From the NCBI GenBank assembly GCA_031281225.1, contig JAITFQ010000103.1:1-62607 (forward strand): a stretch of 62,607 nucleotides of DNA, given 5' to 3'. This stretch comes from Chitinispirillales bacterium (GTDB lineage: Bacteria > Fibrobacterota > Chitinivibrionia > Chitinivibrionales > Chitinispirillaceae). This document shows, in pieces, positions 26,809 to 36,453 of this stretch; the stretch's first letter is position 1, and each line of letters starts with the position of its first letter. Both the position numbers and the translations under genes were made by a program. The notes under the pieces are model-generated. The model searched no databases and had not been told where the DNA came from. It saw nothing but the letters and a program-made list of their open reading frames with translations.

Positions 26809-28614
26809 TTACGTATCAAAAAATCCCCGCCCCGAAGCGGCGGCGTAAACGCGGCGGTATTTCCAAACGGCCGCGTCCCACGAAAAATCCCCCAAACCGT
26901 CCATGCCGCAGAGCATCATCCTGCCGTAGGCCTGCCCGTCGGCAAAAATTTTCACCGCCTTCTCAAGCGCTAGATACGCCTCGCCGACCATTGATTGATA
27001 CAACGGCACATCTATACGCCGGCCAACCGGCGCGTCGAGTATCCTCCGCCAGTCGCCGGGGTCGAAAGACTCGGCGCACTCGCGGTACAGAATCCCCGTC
27101 GCATTTTCATTTACCTTATCCCCCGCGCCCGCCGGCCTCACCTGAGCCAGCAGCCCGCCGGTCGCGCGCGCCATAACCGGGGTGCCGTGCATAAACCCTT
27201 CCGTCGCGGCCCCGAAAGGCTCGTAAAACGACGGCATAAGCAAAAAAGAACTCCCCGATACGACCGCGGCATAATCTTCCGACGGCACTCTAAAAGGCCA
27301 AATAACAATATCGCCGGGGCGCTCCCCCGCCACCTCCCTAAAAAACGCCAATTCCTCCGAACTTTTCGCCGCCTCCACGCCGCTTGGAGAAAATATCAGC
27401 CCGGCCTCGCCCGCCGGAAATTTTTTTATCGCCTGAAATATTACATCAAAACCCTTCTGCGTCAGGTCGAGGCGCCCAGACATGAAAAATATCGGGCGGC
27501 GGCAATCAACATCAACATCGCGCAGGCTTCCAATGACTTCAGAATGACCCATCCCCCCCGCAATCTCGAGCATCCTCTCGCGGAACCGCGCCTTCTGCTC
27601 CAGTAATTTGGAAACGTCGCCCTGCCTCGCGCGAGACAGCGCCGTGTACGTGTACCGCAGATAGGGGCGGCCGAACATGCCGTTCTCTATCCCCACGGGC
27701 GGGTTTATCGAGAATACATCCTGCAAGTGGCTTGTGAAGACCGTACGCTGCAGCGGGTCGTCCCGCAGTTCGCGGGCGAAAGGCGTACTGACCGTCGTGA
27801 GCGGGCCGTTCAATAGCGGAATCGCGCACCGCAAAACCGTGTCGCCTCTTACGCCGTCCCCGAAAAACAGTTTCTTTCTGTCGGCGCTTATCCCGCTGTC
27901 AAAAGAATTATGCAGCGTGAGAACGGTACGCGCGCTCTCCAAAACTCCGTCGAGCAGGGCGAATTTCGACGCGAGCGCAATGGGCGCGGTCTCCCAGTCG
28001 TGCGCGTGGAAGAGGATATCCTCCGCAAACCCGAGCCGAGCCAGCACGAAAGGAACCGCCGCGCAAAACGCGAGCGCGTCGTCGAGGATGTCGTCGCTGT
28101 CGTCATAGGAATACGGATTCTGCTCCGCCGTAAATCTGCCGTCAACGGAAACGAAGTAGACGCAAGGCTGCGTTTCGGCGCCGCGGTAGCAGCTTACCGT
28201 CCCCTCGTAGGGGGCTTTGGAGTACGGGCTGAATTTTTGTTGTTCGAGGACGGGCTCAAGCTCCCCGCCGGCCAAAGCTTTTTTTACCGCCGGAATATTT
28301 GTGTAGAGCGGGGTCATGACTATCGAATCCTCGCCGGTCTTTTGCAGAAACGCAGGAAAAAAGCGCATAACCGCGGCTAACCCGCCTAACGGGGCGTAGT
28401 TATTTTCAAATGTCAGCGATACAATTTTCCTGTTGCCGGGCCGGAACGGTTTTTTGCGCTCCAAAACGTTCAGCGCGTCGTGTGTGTCCGTCCCCAAAAC
28501 ATCCGCAGCGGCGTGGGCGAGCGGTTGCCACGCGTCAATTTTGGCGGTAAAAGCGGCATCGTAGGGGGTGTATTTGCGTTTCTTCATCAGTAGTTTAGGA
28601 ATAAAGGTAGCCAA
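26809..28614 (-). CDS. glycogen/starch-synthase-like glycosyltransferase (GT5-like)
   Basis: HAHDWETAPIAL (compare GlgA HxHDWH) and LLMPSFYEPFGAATEGFMHGTPVMARATGGL. The 28614 start is a TTG; the first ATG is at 28587. Confidence 0.65.
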   Translation of the reverse strand: MATFIPKLLMKKRKYTPYDAAFTAKIDAWQPLAHAAADVLGTDTHDALNVLERKKPFRPGNRKIVSLTFENNYAPLGGLAAVMRFFPAFLQKTGEDSIVMTPLYTNIPAVKKALAGGELEPVLEQQKFSPYSKAPYEGTVSCYRGAETQPCVYFVSVDGRFTAEQNPYSYDDSDDILDDALAFCAAVPFVLARLGFAEDILFHAHDWETAPIALASKFALLDGVLESARTVLTLHNSFDSGISADRKKLFFGDGVRGDTVLRCAIPLLNGPLTTVSTPFARELRDDPLQRTVFTSHLQDVFSINPPVGIENGMFGRPYLRYTYTALSRARQGDVSKLLEQKARFRERMLEIAGGMGHSEVIGSLRDVDVDCRRPIFFMSGRLDLTQKGFDVIFQAIKKFPAGEAGLIFSPSGVEAAKSSEELAFFREVAGERPGDIVIWPFRVPSEDYAAVVSGSSFLLMPSFYEPFGAATEGFMHGTPVMARATGGLLAQVRPAGAGDKVNENATGILYRECAESFDPGDWRRILDAPVGRRIDVPLYQSMVGEAYLALEKAVKIFADGQAYGRMMLCGMDGLGDFSWDAAVWKYRRVYAAASGRGFFDT

Positions 28615-28618
28615 AATA

Positions 28619-28637
28619 GGGGGGAATAAATCCCCCC
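28619..28637 (-). terminator. hairpin between the giant surface-protein gene and the downstream glycosyltransferase gene
   Basis: GGGGGG-aataaat-CCCCCC, followed on the minus strand by TATTTTGG. Confidence 0.4.
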
Positions 28638-28642
28638 TTTTT

Positions 28643-31600
28643 CTATCTCGCGAATGTTATTCTGCGATTCTCAATAGCGGCAGTCTTGCCTTTCGCGTCG
28701 ATCGCTCTGACGCGGATGATGTACAATCCTGCCGGCGCGGCGCCGTATCTTCCAGCGCGGCTGTTCCACTCCATGGTGTTCCATGACGCCGGCTTTACCC
28801 GTTCCATGTTCCTCCATATCAGCCTGCCCCTTACGTCATAGACGGACACTTCCACCCTGTCTACCCCCGCGAACGGGATGTAGTACCTTACGCGGGCGCT
28901 TCTCGCGGTTTGGTTTACGGCTATCGGGCTTACGGAAAATTTCGCGTCGGAGCCGCCTACACCGATCCTAGCCTGGTAATCTCTGTTGCCGACCACCATA
29001 TAAACGTCCTCGTGCGATCTGCCGGATACCTCTAATGAGTATTCGCCGGACGCGCCGGCGCGCAGTTCTTCGCCGGTAACCGCGTTTACGAACATTATCC
29101 GCATATCGCCGGGCACAGGGCCTGTCGCGGGGGCGGTGAATGTGAACTTTGTTTTTTGCCTCTCGTCGTTATGGAAACGCAGCGTGAAAACCGAGCCGCC
29201 GCGGGATAACTCGGGGCCAAAGTAGTGCCCGGCGCTTTTACCGTCGCTATCAATAATCACTACTGCCTCGTTCGCGAAACTAGGCGGAACGGCAAACGCC
29301 CGTCTTAACGCATGGTTGCCAATCATCACGTCGTTGAGCTCGGGGTTGTTACCGGTGCCGGAGCGTATGGTGTAGTACCACATATCGTTCACGGCAGCGT
29401 TTTTGGCGAGCGGCTGTACGCCCGGCCTGTGGCGCGACATGAACGCCGGCCTAGGCGGAATACGCAGGACGATATCCTGAGTACCGGGGTTAAAGATGGT
29501 AAATGGGTCGATGTCGCCTTCCATCCTCACCGATGAGTCGATCGCCGCCGGAGTCAGCAGCCTCGCGACGTGGCTGGTCCTGCCTCTTTCCGTGACCTCC
29601 CATTTGTATAGCTGAACATCATGGCCGGTCGCTTCGAGAACATCGCCGATGCAGACATCAAAACGGAAAGGGAGCACAAAGTCCACCCATCGCCCCGCCG
29701 GAATGGTGATTGTAAACGTTTCGGTCAGTGAGACGGTCGTTGCGCCGCCAAAGTTAAAACTCGGTGATCCAGCAGTCTTAACCCACATCAAACGCCCGGG
29801 CTCAAGGGAAAATATATTATCGTTTTCGCCGTGGTACTCAACCCACTGGCTCCTCGGAGAGTTTCTGTTCCCGTCATGCTCAAACCAGCGGAACAGGCGG
29901 AACAGCGTGTCGTAGGGGAAGAACTCCTCGGGGGAACCGAAGAGCTGGCTGAGCGCGTGCCTTGGGGACTTATTCTCAAGTTCGACCTGCGCGGCGAACG
30001 GGAGCCATTTCCTCGACTCCGGCGCAACGGAAAAACCCCTGTACGCGGCCGAGGTTATCCGGCGGGAGATATTTATCGTGTCGGTATACCTGCCGTCCGT
30101 CACAATTAAATACGACAGCACCCCATAGTTGCCGGCATCGCTGATGATATCCCGGTCAACCGCAAACTCAAAATTCCGGAACGGGACGGCTACCGGCGGC
30201 ACGGTCGCAGAAGCCGCTACCAGCGGATCGCTGTATGGCGTCGACAACTCCGACGAATGCGCCACCGCATTGAGGAGCCTTGCCCGGACATTGCCGACAT
30301 TGCTCCCTATGGTGATAGTTTCCCTGATCGCCTGGTCTATGGTTATCGCCGGACGGGTGAGGAGTTCTTCGAGGCCCATCACATTGGGGCGTTGCGTGCT
30401 GATCATGAGGCGGTACGTAGACACCGTGTCTGCCACCATATTGTCGCCGGCAACACCGACAAAATACCCGCTCGCGGCGTCGTAGCGCGTGCCGTGTATC
30501 ACTTCCCAAAAGAAACCTGTCCAGCGGTACATCCTCACTTCATCGGCCACATGCCCCTCCGGTATCCCATCCGCCTTCATTCTCACGGCAAACGGCGGAA
30601 AAGTAGCCTCAAGCTCGCCCGCGCCCCTGACCCTGTACCGATACCCGTACTCGCTTACGAGTATGAAACCATCGGGCACGGGGACGGCACCGGCGGACGA
30701 CCGGCTAATATCCGTCGAAAAGGAACCGTTACTTGGATCCCCCTCCTCCCACCCGGGCACGTCCGCTCTATCGGCCGAAATCCCGAACCTGCCGTTGTCC
30801 ACGAAACGGGAGCCGTTGTTGGCGTTCACGGTGACCGTCTGCCTGCTGAACGACCCTATCCTTATATCCCAAAACTCCGCGGCGCCGGGCAACCGGCTAC
30901 CGCCCGCGTCTATCGTGTACATGTGCACCCTGAACACCGTATCAAACATCAGCGCCTCGCCGAAACCGCTTATGATGAAGGTTTCCTGTACATCCGCAAG
31001 ATGCAGATTGAGAGGCTGCGGGCTGCTCGGTTCAGTCGACAGGGTATCGCCGCCCAATGTTACGAAGTAACCGAATTGGGGGTGGCGGTCCGGGCCGGTG
31101 TTATTATCCCTCAAACTGTAAGTCACATGAAACTGCGTGGCCTCCTCGACGAAAGCCGCCGTGTCAATCTGTATGATGTTGCCGCTGGGCTGCCCCGAGT
31201 TTTCGGTGATTACCGCCGCGGGCGAGCTGAGTGTCCAAAGCGGCCTGGTAACGTTGACGATGTCAGCAAGCACGGCAGCGAACCAGTAGTCGGTCTCCGG
31301 CGTCAAACCGTCGAGACGGACCGAGGTCTCCCCGGCCGGCACCGTTGTAACCGGAGGATGGGCGTCGATATCCACGTCCGGCGTTAGCGCGCTTGTACTG
31401 TAAACTATGTAAATCGCCGACAAATCAATGTCGCCGACATTGTTGCCGGCCGGCGTTACAGGATTCCACCGCAGGACCACCCGCTCACCCGTAGCCGCCT
31501 CAACCGTAAAACCCGTGATCGGGCTCGGTGGCAAGCGCCCTATATTTTCCGAGCCCGGCGTTCCGGGACGCCCCAGCCCAGCGTCGTTCAACACCGTAAC

Positions 31601-34600
31601 TCTGTAGTATACTGGCCGCCGCACGCCGACAAAACCGTCGTTTTCAACGATAAATTGATGGCCGGCTTCAACCTGAGCCCTGCTAAATTCCTGCGTAAAG
31701 ATAATGGGGGCGGCCATGGTTTCACTAAACGACAGCTCTATACGCACCGTCACCGCAAGCGCGTCAAAAGCTTCCCCTTCCCGCACCCCCAATGTCACCG
31801 ACACCGACGGCGCACGAGGGTCAGGCTGCACTATGGTTACCACGCATGGATTTTCCGGCAGCGGCCTGTTAGTCACATCACGCGAATAAACATCAAACGG
31901 ACGCGCGATGGTGTCGCCGATCCCCCCCCCAATCCAAAGCGGCGCGACCGCGAAATGGAACGTTTCGATATCCACGGCCACAGGCCCGGCCACAAATTCA
32001 AACCTGCCTTCCAGCGCGGCTAATTCGGCAACGGTAAAAATTATAATGCTGTCCGCCGTACCCCTCTCCAAAGCGTTGCCAGTCACTACAGGAGGGGGGT
32101 CGCCCCTCTTAATCCACACACCCACCTGTTCAACATGCGGCCTGTAAGTCTGCGGCGTGGTCAGGAGATCGCCATATCCGGTAACAGCGAGCTGAAACAG
32201 AGTACGCTCGTCGTTGGCGTCATGGTCAACTACCGTGATCTTTAGCGGGTTCCTCACCACGCTCCTCGGATCGTGCGGGTATACCGGAACGGCCGGCAGC
32301 GATATCAGCGGCGGCTGCGTAGTTTCGCCGTCATTCCAGTAGACAGCGGCGTCGACATAGTACAGCATGTCGAGCGGATCGGGTATGGTAATAGGCAGTA
32401 CAAGGGTGTTACCGGTCGGAACCGTTACTCTAACCTCCACTAAATTCCCGGTCAGCCCGGCCCTATACCGCACGACAACCGAGTCTACGCGCGAACCGGA
32501 AGCAGCGCTCACGTACGGACGCAAATCGTCAAAACCCCTCAAAAACACGTGGATAAGACTGCCATCGGCGGCGGTAGAAATGTAATGTACGCTATCTACA
32601 GACAAAGCCTCCGGAACATCGGAGCCGCTCTCGGCAATCGTGATTGTGAGGAGATTGCCGGAGACATTTTGGGTAATCACGCGGCCGAGCGCGGCCGGGT
32701 CCTGCCCGTTTACCGTAACCGCGGCGAACTGACCAGTTATCCCGCCGACGGCGCTGATAATTTGAATCGGCAGAGGGCTGGGCGCCCAGATGGTGGTAAG
32801 GTTGAGCGTTCCGCCGCTCAAATTCGCCGTAGCCCCTGTCGTTCCCGTTACAGTCACCATTGGCATGGCAATCATATTGTCGTCAAGCGCAAAATCAAAC
32901 CGCGAGCCGGCGCCCATCGTGAGAGACCCGCTTATCTGCAGCGGCGTGCCCCCGTCGTATACGATAATCCCGCCGTCGCCCATGGTTACCGCGCCTCTGT
33001 AGCTCCTGCCGGTCAAAGTGGCGCCGGTCACAGCAATAGCCGTCGCGGTCAACCCAGCCACCCCGGAATTCACATTAAGAACGCCGCCGCCGGTTACGCT
33101 CACATTCCCTATGGTCATCCCCGCCGTCAGGTTCAGCGTGCCGGCCCCTGTTTTTGAAAATGCACCGGCCCCATCAATAATTCGGTCGAATGCCACCCCC
33201 CCCGTCGCTACGTTCAGCGCGAGAGTTCCGGCGGCCGGGATATTTATCGCGCCGGTGCCGATGTTCGAAAGAGCCGTAATCGCGAGTGTTCCCCCCTCAA
33301 TAGCGGTGGTGCCCGTGTACGTGTTCGCGCCCGTGAGCGTGAGCGTTCCGGCGCCGCGCTTAATAAGGTTTCCGGCGCCGGTTATCGCGCCGGCCATCGC
33401 CACGTCGTTGCTCCGGTTAAACACAATAGATCTGTCGCCCGCGCCGACGCCGAGATTGGCGCTTGCAACCGATCCGGTAGTCCCGCCCGCGCCTACCTGC
33501 AAATTTCCGGTACTGACGGTGACCGCGCCCGCGGCACCCGTAAGAATGAGGTTTGCGGGCCCGGTTTTTGTTAACACGCCGGTTATCGCGCCGGTAAGGG
33601 TGTTGGCCGCCGCCCCGGCACTGGTCAAAGTACCGCCCGCGGTAACGGTAACCGCGTTATCAAGCGTAACCCCGCCCGTGAGCTCCAAAGTACCGGCAGC
33701 GCCTATGGTCACCGCACCGGCAGAGGCCCCCCCCAAAGTAGTGGTAGAGCCCGCAACTCTGAGAGTGCCGGCATTGATAGCGGTAGTGCCGGTGTAAGTA
33801 TTCGCGCCGCCAAGAATAAGTGTCCCAGTACCCAGTTTAGTGACGTTCCCCGCGCCGGCGATAACGGAATTCATCGTCGCGGCATTGGTGCCGGCAACCG
33901 TTATGGTACGGGCTGTCGCGGACGTTATGGAGCCGCCGGTAAGGGTGTAGTTGTTGGACTGGAAATCCATGTCGCCGACCGTTTGGGCGGTTGCGGGGAG
34001 AGTTATGGTTACGCCGGCAGCGGTAGAGAAACGAGCATTGGAACCGGCCACCCAACCAACCCTGTTAGTAAAGGTATTCTGAGTCCAAGAAGTAGCGCCG
34101 TCCCAAGCGCCGGTAGCCGGAGAGGTGGGAGGGAAAACCCCGTTAGGATTCCAAACCAACCAGCCCTCGGGGATTGATGCTGAAAAACTGGCGGTGACCG
34201 CGCAATCAGCCGTCGCCCCCGTAGCAATAGTTACAGTCCCTGGATTGGCGCTGGCGTTACCCGTTACAGCACACCCGCTTCCCGTGCCCACAGCCCAACT
34301 GGTAAGTGCGAAGTTAGTGTTGGCAACCGCAGTAAGTGTAATCGCGTCACCTGGCTGATAACGCCTATCCGCAAGACAGCCCTCCCCTCTCGCGGGGGCC
34401 GGAGTCACGGAAGTCCCACCGTCACCGATGGTTGTTGTGAGGGCGACGCAGCCGTCGCCTGTGCAGACGCGGGTCCCGCCCGTCAACTCTAGTCTATTGT
34501 AGTGTTGATTGGCAGGAACGAAAACGTAGAATCCCCCATCCGCCCGTCCCGCACCTCGAGCCGTAAGAACCGAGTCGTTACAAAGTTGTTGTCCCCAGCC

Positions 34601-34912
34601 AGTATTTCCACACGGCCCAACTACACTTCCCGCCACGCCGTTAACCAAAAGCCCAGCGTGGTTATCCCATATACCCACAATTTCAGAAACAAAAACACAT
34701 CTTGCAGAAGCTCCCGTATGCTCCCCCGAAACTAATACGTCAGCCGCAGGCCCCTGCTGTAGTTGGCTTTCCGCTATCCCCGGACACCAAGTAGCCTGAA
34801 AATCACAAAACTGTGACTGCGCCCACCCACTCCCCCACCCCACCACCACCATCGCCCAAGCCACCCCCGCCGCCTTCGCCCACCTTTTCTGACCCCAAAA
34901 ATTTCTTTTCAT
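28643..34912 (-). CDS. giant secreted surface protein (2089 aa) with autotransporter-associated beta-strand repeats, FN3-like region and T9SS/FlgD-Ig-like C-terminal domain
   Basis: Start at MKRNFWGQKRWAKAAGVAWAMVVVGWGSGWAQS (ATG 34912, AAGGAG upstream). Repeats of GTLxLxGANTYTGxTxIxxGTL at about 32880-33900. FN3-like LRWNPV...DYWF. C-terminus VEVSVYDVRGRLIW...AGLYIIRVRAIDAKGKTA. Confidence 0.8.
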   Translation of the reverse strand: MKRNFWGQKRWAKAAGVAWAMVVVGWGSGWAQSQFCDFQATWCPGIAESQLQQGPAADVLVSGEHTGASARCVFVSEIVGIWDNHAGLLVNGVAGSVVGPCGNTGWGQQLCNDSVLTARGAGRADGGFYVFVPANQHYNRLELTGGTRVCTGDGCVALTTTIGDGGTSVTPAPARGEGCLADRRYQPGDAITLTAVANTNFALTSWAVGTGSGCAVTGNASANPGTVTIATGATADCAVTASFSASIPEGWLVWNPNGVFPPTSPATGAWDGATSWTQNTFTNRVGWVAGSNARFSTAAGVTITLPATAQTVGDMDFQSNNYTLTGGSITSATARTITVAGTNAATMNSVIAGAGNVTKLGTGTLILGGANTYTGTTAINAGTLRVAGSTTTLGGASAGAVTIGAAGTLELTGGVTLDNAVTVTAGGTLTSAGAAANTLTGAITGVLTKTGPANLILTGAAGAVTVSTGNLQVGAGGTTGSVASANLGVGAGDRSIVFNRSNDVAMAGAITGAGNLIKRGAGTLTLTGANTYTGTTAIEGGTLAITALSNIGTGAINIPAAGTLALNVATGGVAFDRIIDGAGAFSKTGAGTLNLTAGMTIGNVSVTGGGVLNVNSGVAGLTATAIAVTGATLTGRSYRGAVTMGDGGIIVYDGGTPLQISGSLTMGAGSRFDFALDDNMIAMPMVTVTGTTGATANLSGGTLNLTTIWAPSPLPIQIISAVGGITGQFAAVTVNGQDPAALGRVITQNVSGNLLTITIAESGSDVPEALSVDSVHYISTAADGSLIHVFLRGFDDLRPYVSAASGSRVDSVVVRYRAGLTGNLVEVRVTVPTGNTLVLPITIPDPLDMLYYVDAAVYWNDGETTQPPLISLPAVPVYPHDPRSVVRNPLKITVVDHDANDERTLFQLAVTGYGDLLTTPQTYRPHVEQVGVWIKRGDPPPVVTGNALERGTADSIIIFTVAELAALEGRFEFVAGPVAVDIETFHFAVAPLWIGGGIGDTIARPFDVYSRDVTNRPLPENPCVVTIVQPDPRAPSVSVTLGVREGEAFDALAVTVRIELSFSETMAAPIIFTQEFSRAQVEAGHQFIVENDGFVGVRRPVYYRVTVLNDAGLGRPGTPGSENIGRLPPSPITGFTVEAATGERVVLRWNPVTPAGNNVGDIDLSAIYIVYSTSALTPDVDIDAHPPVTTVPAGETSVRLDGLTPETDYWFAAVLADIVNVTRPLWTLSSPAAVITENSGQPSGNIIQIDTAAFVEEATQFHVTYSLRDNNTGPDRHPQFGYFVTLGGDTLSTEPSSPQPLNLHLADVQETFIISGFGEALMFDTVFRVHMYTIDAGGSRLPGAAEFWDIRIGSFSRQTVTVNANNGSRFVDNGRFGISADRADVPGWEEGDPSNGSFSTDISRSSAGAVPVPDGFILVSEYGYRYRVRGAGELEATFPPFAVRMKADGIPEGHVADEVRMYRWTGFFWEVIHGTRYDAASGYFVGVAGDNMVADTVSTYRLMISTQRPNVMGLEELLTRPAITIDQAIRETITIGSNVGNVRARLLNAVAHSSELSTPYSDPLVAASATVPPVAVPFRNFEFAVDRDIISDAGNYGVLSYLIVTDGRYTDTINISRRITSAAYRGFSVAPESRKWLPFAAQVELENKSPRHALSQLFGSPEEFFPYDTLFRLFRWFEHDGNRNSPRSQWVEYHGENDNIFSLEPGRLMWVKTAGSPSFNFGGATTVSLTETFTITIPAGRWVDFVLPFRFDVCIGDVLEATGHDVQLYKWEVTERGRTSHVARLLTPAAIDSSVRMEGDIDPFTIFNPGTQDIVLRIPPRPAFMSRHRPGVQPLAKNAAVNDMWYYTIRSGTGNNPELNDVMIGNHALRRAFAVPPSFANEAVVIIDSDGKSAGHYFGPELSRGGSVFTLRFHNDERQKTKFTFTAPATGPVPGDMRIMFVNAVTGEELRAGASGEYSLEVSGRSHEDVYMVVGNRDYQARIGVGGSDAKFSVSPIAVNQTARSARVRYYIPFAGVDRVEVSVYDVRGRLIWRNMERVKPASWNTMEWNSRAGRYGAAPAGLYIIRVRAIDAKGKTAAIENRRITFAR

Positions 34913-35187
34913 AACCCGCCCTCGCTCCTTATATTTTTCGGTATTTCGGTATATTTCTGTAAAAAAACGCGATACTCGGCGCTTTGTCAGCCGCCCCCTT
35001 GTCCCATACATTATACATTGTGCCGCATCAAAAAGCCACAAAAAAAATCTGTGGGTTGTTTTTCACGCACCCGTTTACGCGTTTGCCCCCCATTTTCGGC
35101 GCTTACCGTTTTCACTGTTTCGGATAGCTTCCCATTAAGTGTTAATATAACACAAAACCGGTTCCAAAGTCAAATGTTAAAAAAATC

Positions 35188-35217
35188 TTGACTTGCGCAA
35201 TGCCGATGATTTATATT
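35188..35217 (+). promoter_or_regulatory. sigma-70-like promoter candidate
   Basis: TTGACT-N17/18-TTATAT/TATATT, about 120 nt upstream of the FKBP gene ATG. Confidence 0.35.
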
Positions 35218-35334
35218 CATAGTCAGTTTGTTTATTCGCTTGATTTACAGTTTTGGTTTTTGGCTCATATTCAGCCTGTTCGCGCGGGCGTTAACTACTG
35301 TCACTGGACCATAAAAAAGGGAGAATCGGGTTCT

Positions 35335-36078
35335 ATGAGTGTTAAAAAATTGAAATTCGCAGTCTTTACCGCCGCGGCGGTATCCGCGGTACTTTTGGCG
35401 TCTTGCGAGGGCGGCACCCAAGGCGCGGCAATTGGCAAGGTCAAACCCAAGTTCGACCCTGCGGACTCCACGCATCAAATCAGCTACGTGGTTGGCAACG
35501 ATCTCGGCAAGCGGCTCAAGGAGATGGATGCGGATCTTGACATGATGATTGTGCTCATGGCGTTCAGGGAGGCTGCCGAGGGCGCTCCTGCGCAGCTTTC
35601 CGACAGCACGATCGCCGCGGTTGACAGACAGTTCAAGCGTAGTCTCCGCGACAGGGAGAGGCAGAGGCGCCAGCAGTTGGAGGGGGACAATCTCACCGTC
35701 TCACAGGCACTTTTGGAGCAAAATCGGGGAAACGCAGGCGTGATCGTTACAGAGAGCGGCCTGCAGTATCAGTTCCTGAAGGAAAGCACCGGCCCGAAAC
35801 CCAAGGCAACCGACATGGTGCGCATCCACTATCACGGCACGTTGCCGGACGGCACGGTGTTCGACAGTTCGAGGGAACGCGGCGAGCCGACCAGGTTTGC
35901 GGTGACAGGGGCCCTAAAAGGGTGGACCGAGGTGCTTCAGCTCATGCCCGTCGGCAGCAAGGTGAAGACGGTCATCCCGCCCGAGCTGGCCTACGGCCGC
36001 CGCGGAGCGCGGACCCCAGTCCCCGTAGGCCCGAACACGGCTCTGACCTTCGAGATAGAGCTCGTGGCGATCGAGTAG
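35335..36078 (+). CDS. FKBP-type peptidyl-prolyl cis-trans isomerase (FkpA/Mip-like lipoprotein)
   Basis: Lipobox LLASC. GLQYQFLKESTGPKP...VRIHYHGTLPDGTVFDSS...GWTEVLQLMPVGSKVKTVIPPELAYG...LTFEIELVAIE. Confidence 0.9.
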   Translation: MSVKKLKFAVFTAAAVSAVLLASCEGGTQGAAIGKVKPKFDPADSTHQISYVVGNDLGKRLKEMDADLDMMIVLMAFREAAEGAPAQLSDSTIAAVDRQFKRSLRDRERQRRQQLEGDNLTVSQALLEQNRGNAGVIVTESGLQYQFLKESTGPKPKATDMVRIHYHGTLPDGTVFDSSRERGEPTRFAVTGALKGWTEVLQLMPVGSKVKTVIPPELAYGRRGARTPVPVGPNTALTFEIELVAIE

Positions 36079-36127
36079 GGCGGGAGGGGCACGGCGGTCA
36101 CAAGCCGCCCGCTGTAAGGTATAGTTT

Positions 36128-36212
36128 GGAGGACTAGGATAACGGTAATTCAGCGGTCTTGAAAACCGTCGCCCTTACGGGCTTGGGGGTTCGAATCCCT
36201 CGTCCTCCGCCA
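36128..36212 (+). tRNA. tRNA-Ser (anticodon UGA)
   Basis: Type II tRNA: acceptor GGAGGAC/GTCCTCC, anticodon arm GCGGT-CTTGAAA-ACCGT, long variable arm GCCCTTACGGGC, T-loop GGGGGTTCGAATCCCTC. CCA is encoded. Near-collinear with E. coli tRNA-Ser(UGA). Confidence 0.9.
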
Positions 36213-36222
36213 TTTACATATT

Positions 36223-36296
36223 CGGAGTGTGGCGCAGTCTGGTAGCGCACGTGGTTTGGGACCACGGAGCCGGGGGTTCAAATCCCTCCACTCCGA
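36223..36296 (+). tRNA. tRNA-Pro (anticodon UGG)
   Basis: CGGAGTG acceptor, D-arm GCGCAGTCTGGTAGCGC, anticodon arm CGTGG-TTTGGGA-CCACG, T-arm GGGGGTTCAAATCCCTC. CCA is not encoded. Confidence 0.9.
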
Positions 36297-36308
36297 TTTA
36301 AAAAATCC

Positions 36309-36386
36309 GCCCCCGTAGCTCATTCGGATTAGAGCATCTGCCTTCTAAGCAGAGGGTAACAGGTTCGAATCCTGTCGGGGGTGCCA
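36309..36386 (+). tRNA. tRNA-Arg (anticodon UCU)
   Basis: GCCCCCG acceptor, D-arm GCTCATTCGGATTAGAGC, anticodon arm TCTGC-CTTCTAA-GCAGA, T-arm ACAGGTTCGAATCCTGT. CCA is encoded. Confidence 0.9.
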
Positions 36387-36392
36387 TAAAGG

Positions 36393-36423
36393 GCCCCGTA
36401 GAGTCAACATTTTACGGGGCTTT
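36393..36423 (+). terminator. intrinsic terminator after the tRNA cluster
   Basis: GCCCCGTA-12 nt-TACGGGGC followed by TTT. Confidence 0.55.
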
Positions 36424-36453
36424 CTAGGGTGTTTTTCATTGCGCCCGAGATTT

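Noticed and set aside
30257-33797. Long plus-strand ORFs (376 aa, 259 aa and others) inside the giant surface-protein gene
   Set aside because: They lie antisense to a 6.3-kb ORF with recognisable repeats and a sorting-like domain. Their translations are Arg/Pro/Val-rich with no motifs.
35036-35063. Terminator-like hairpin CCACA-N9-TGTGG plus T-run in the 420-bp divergent intergenic region
   Set aside because: The stem is only 5 bp and AT-poor. There is no upstream gene for it to terminate on either strand.
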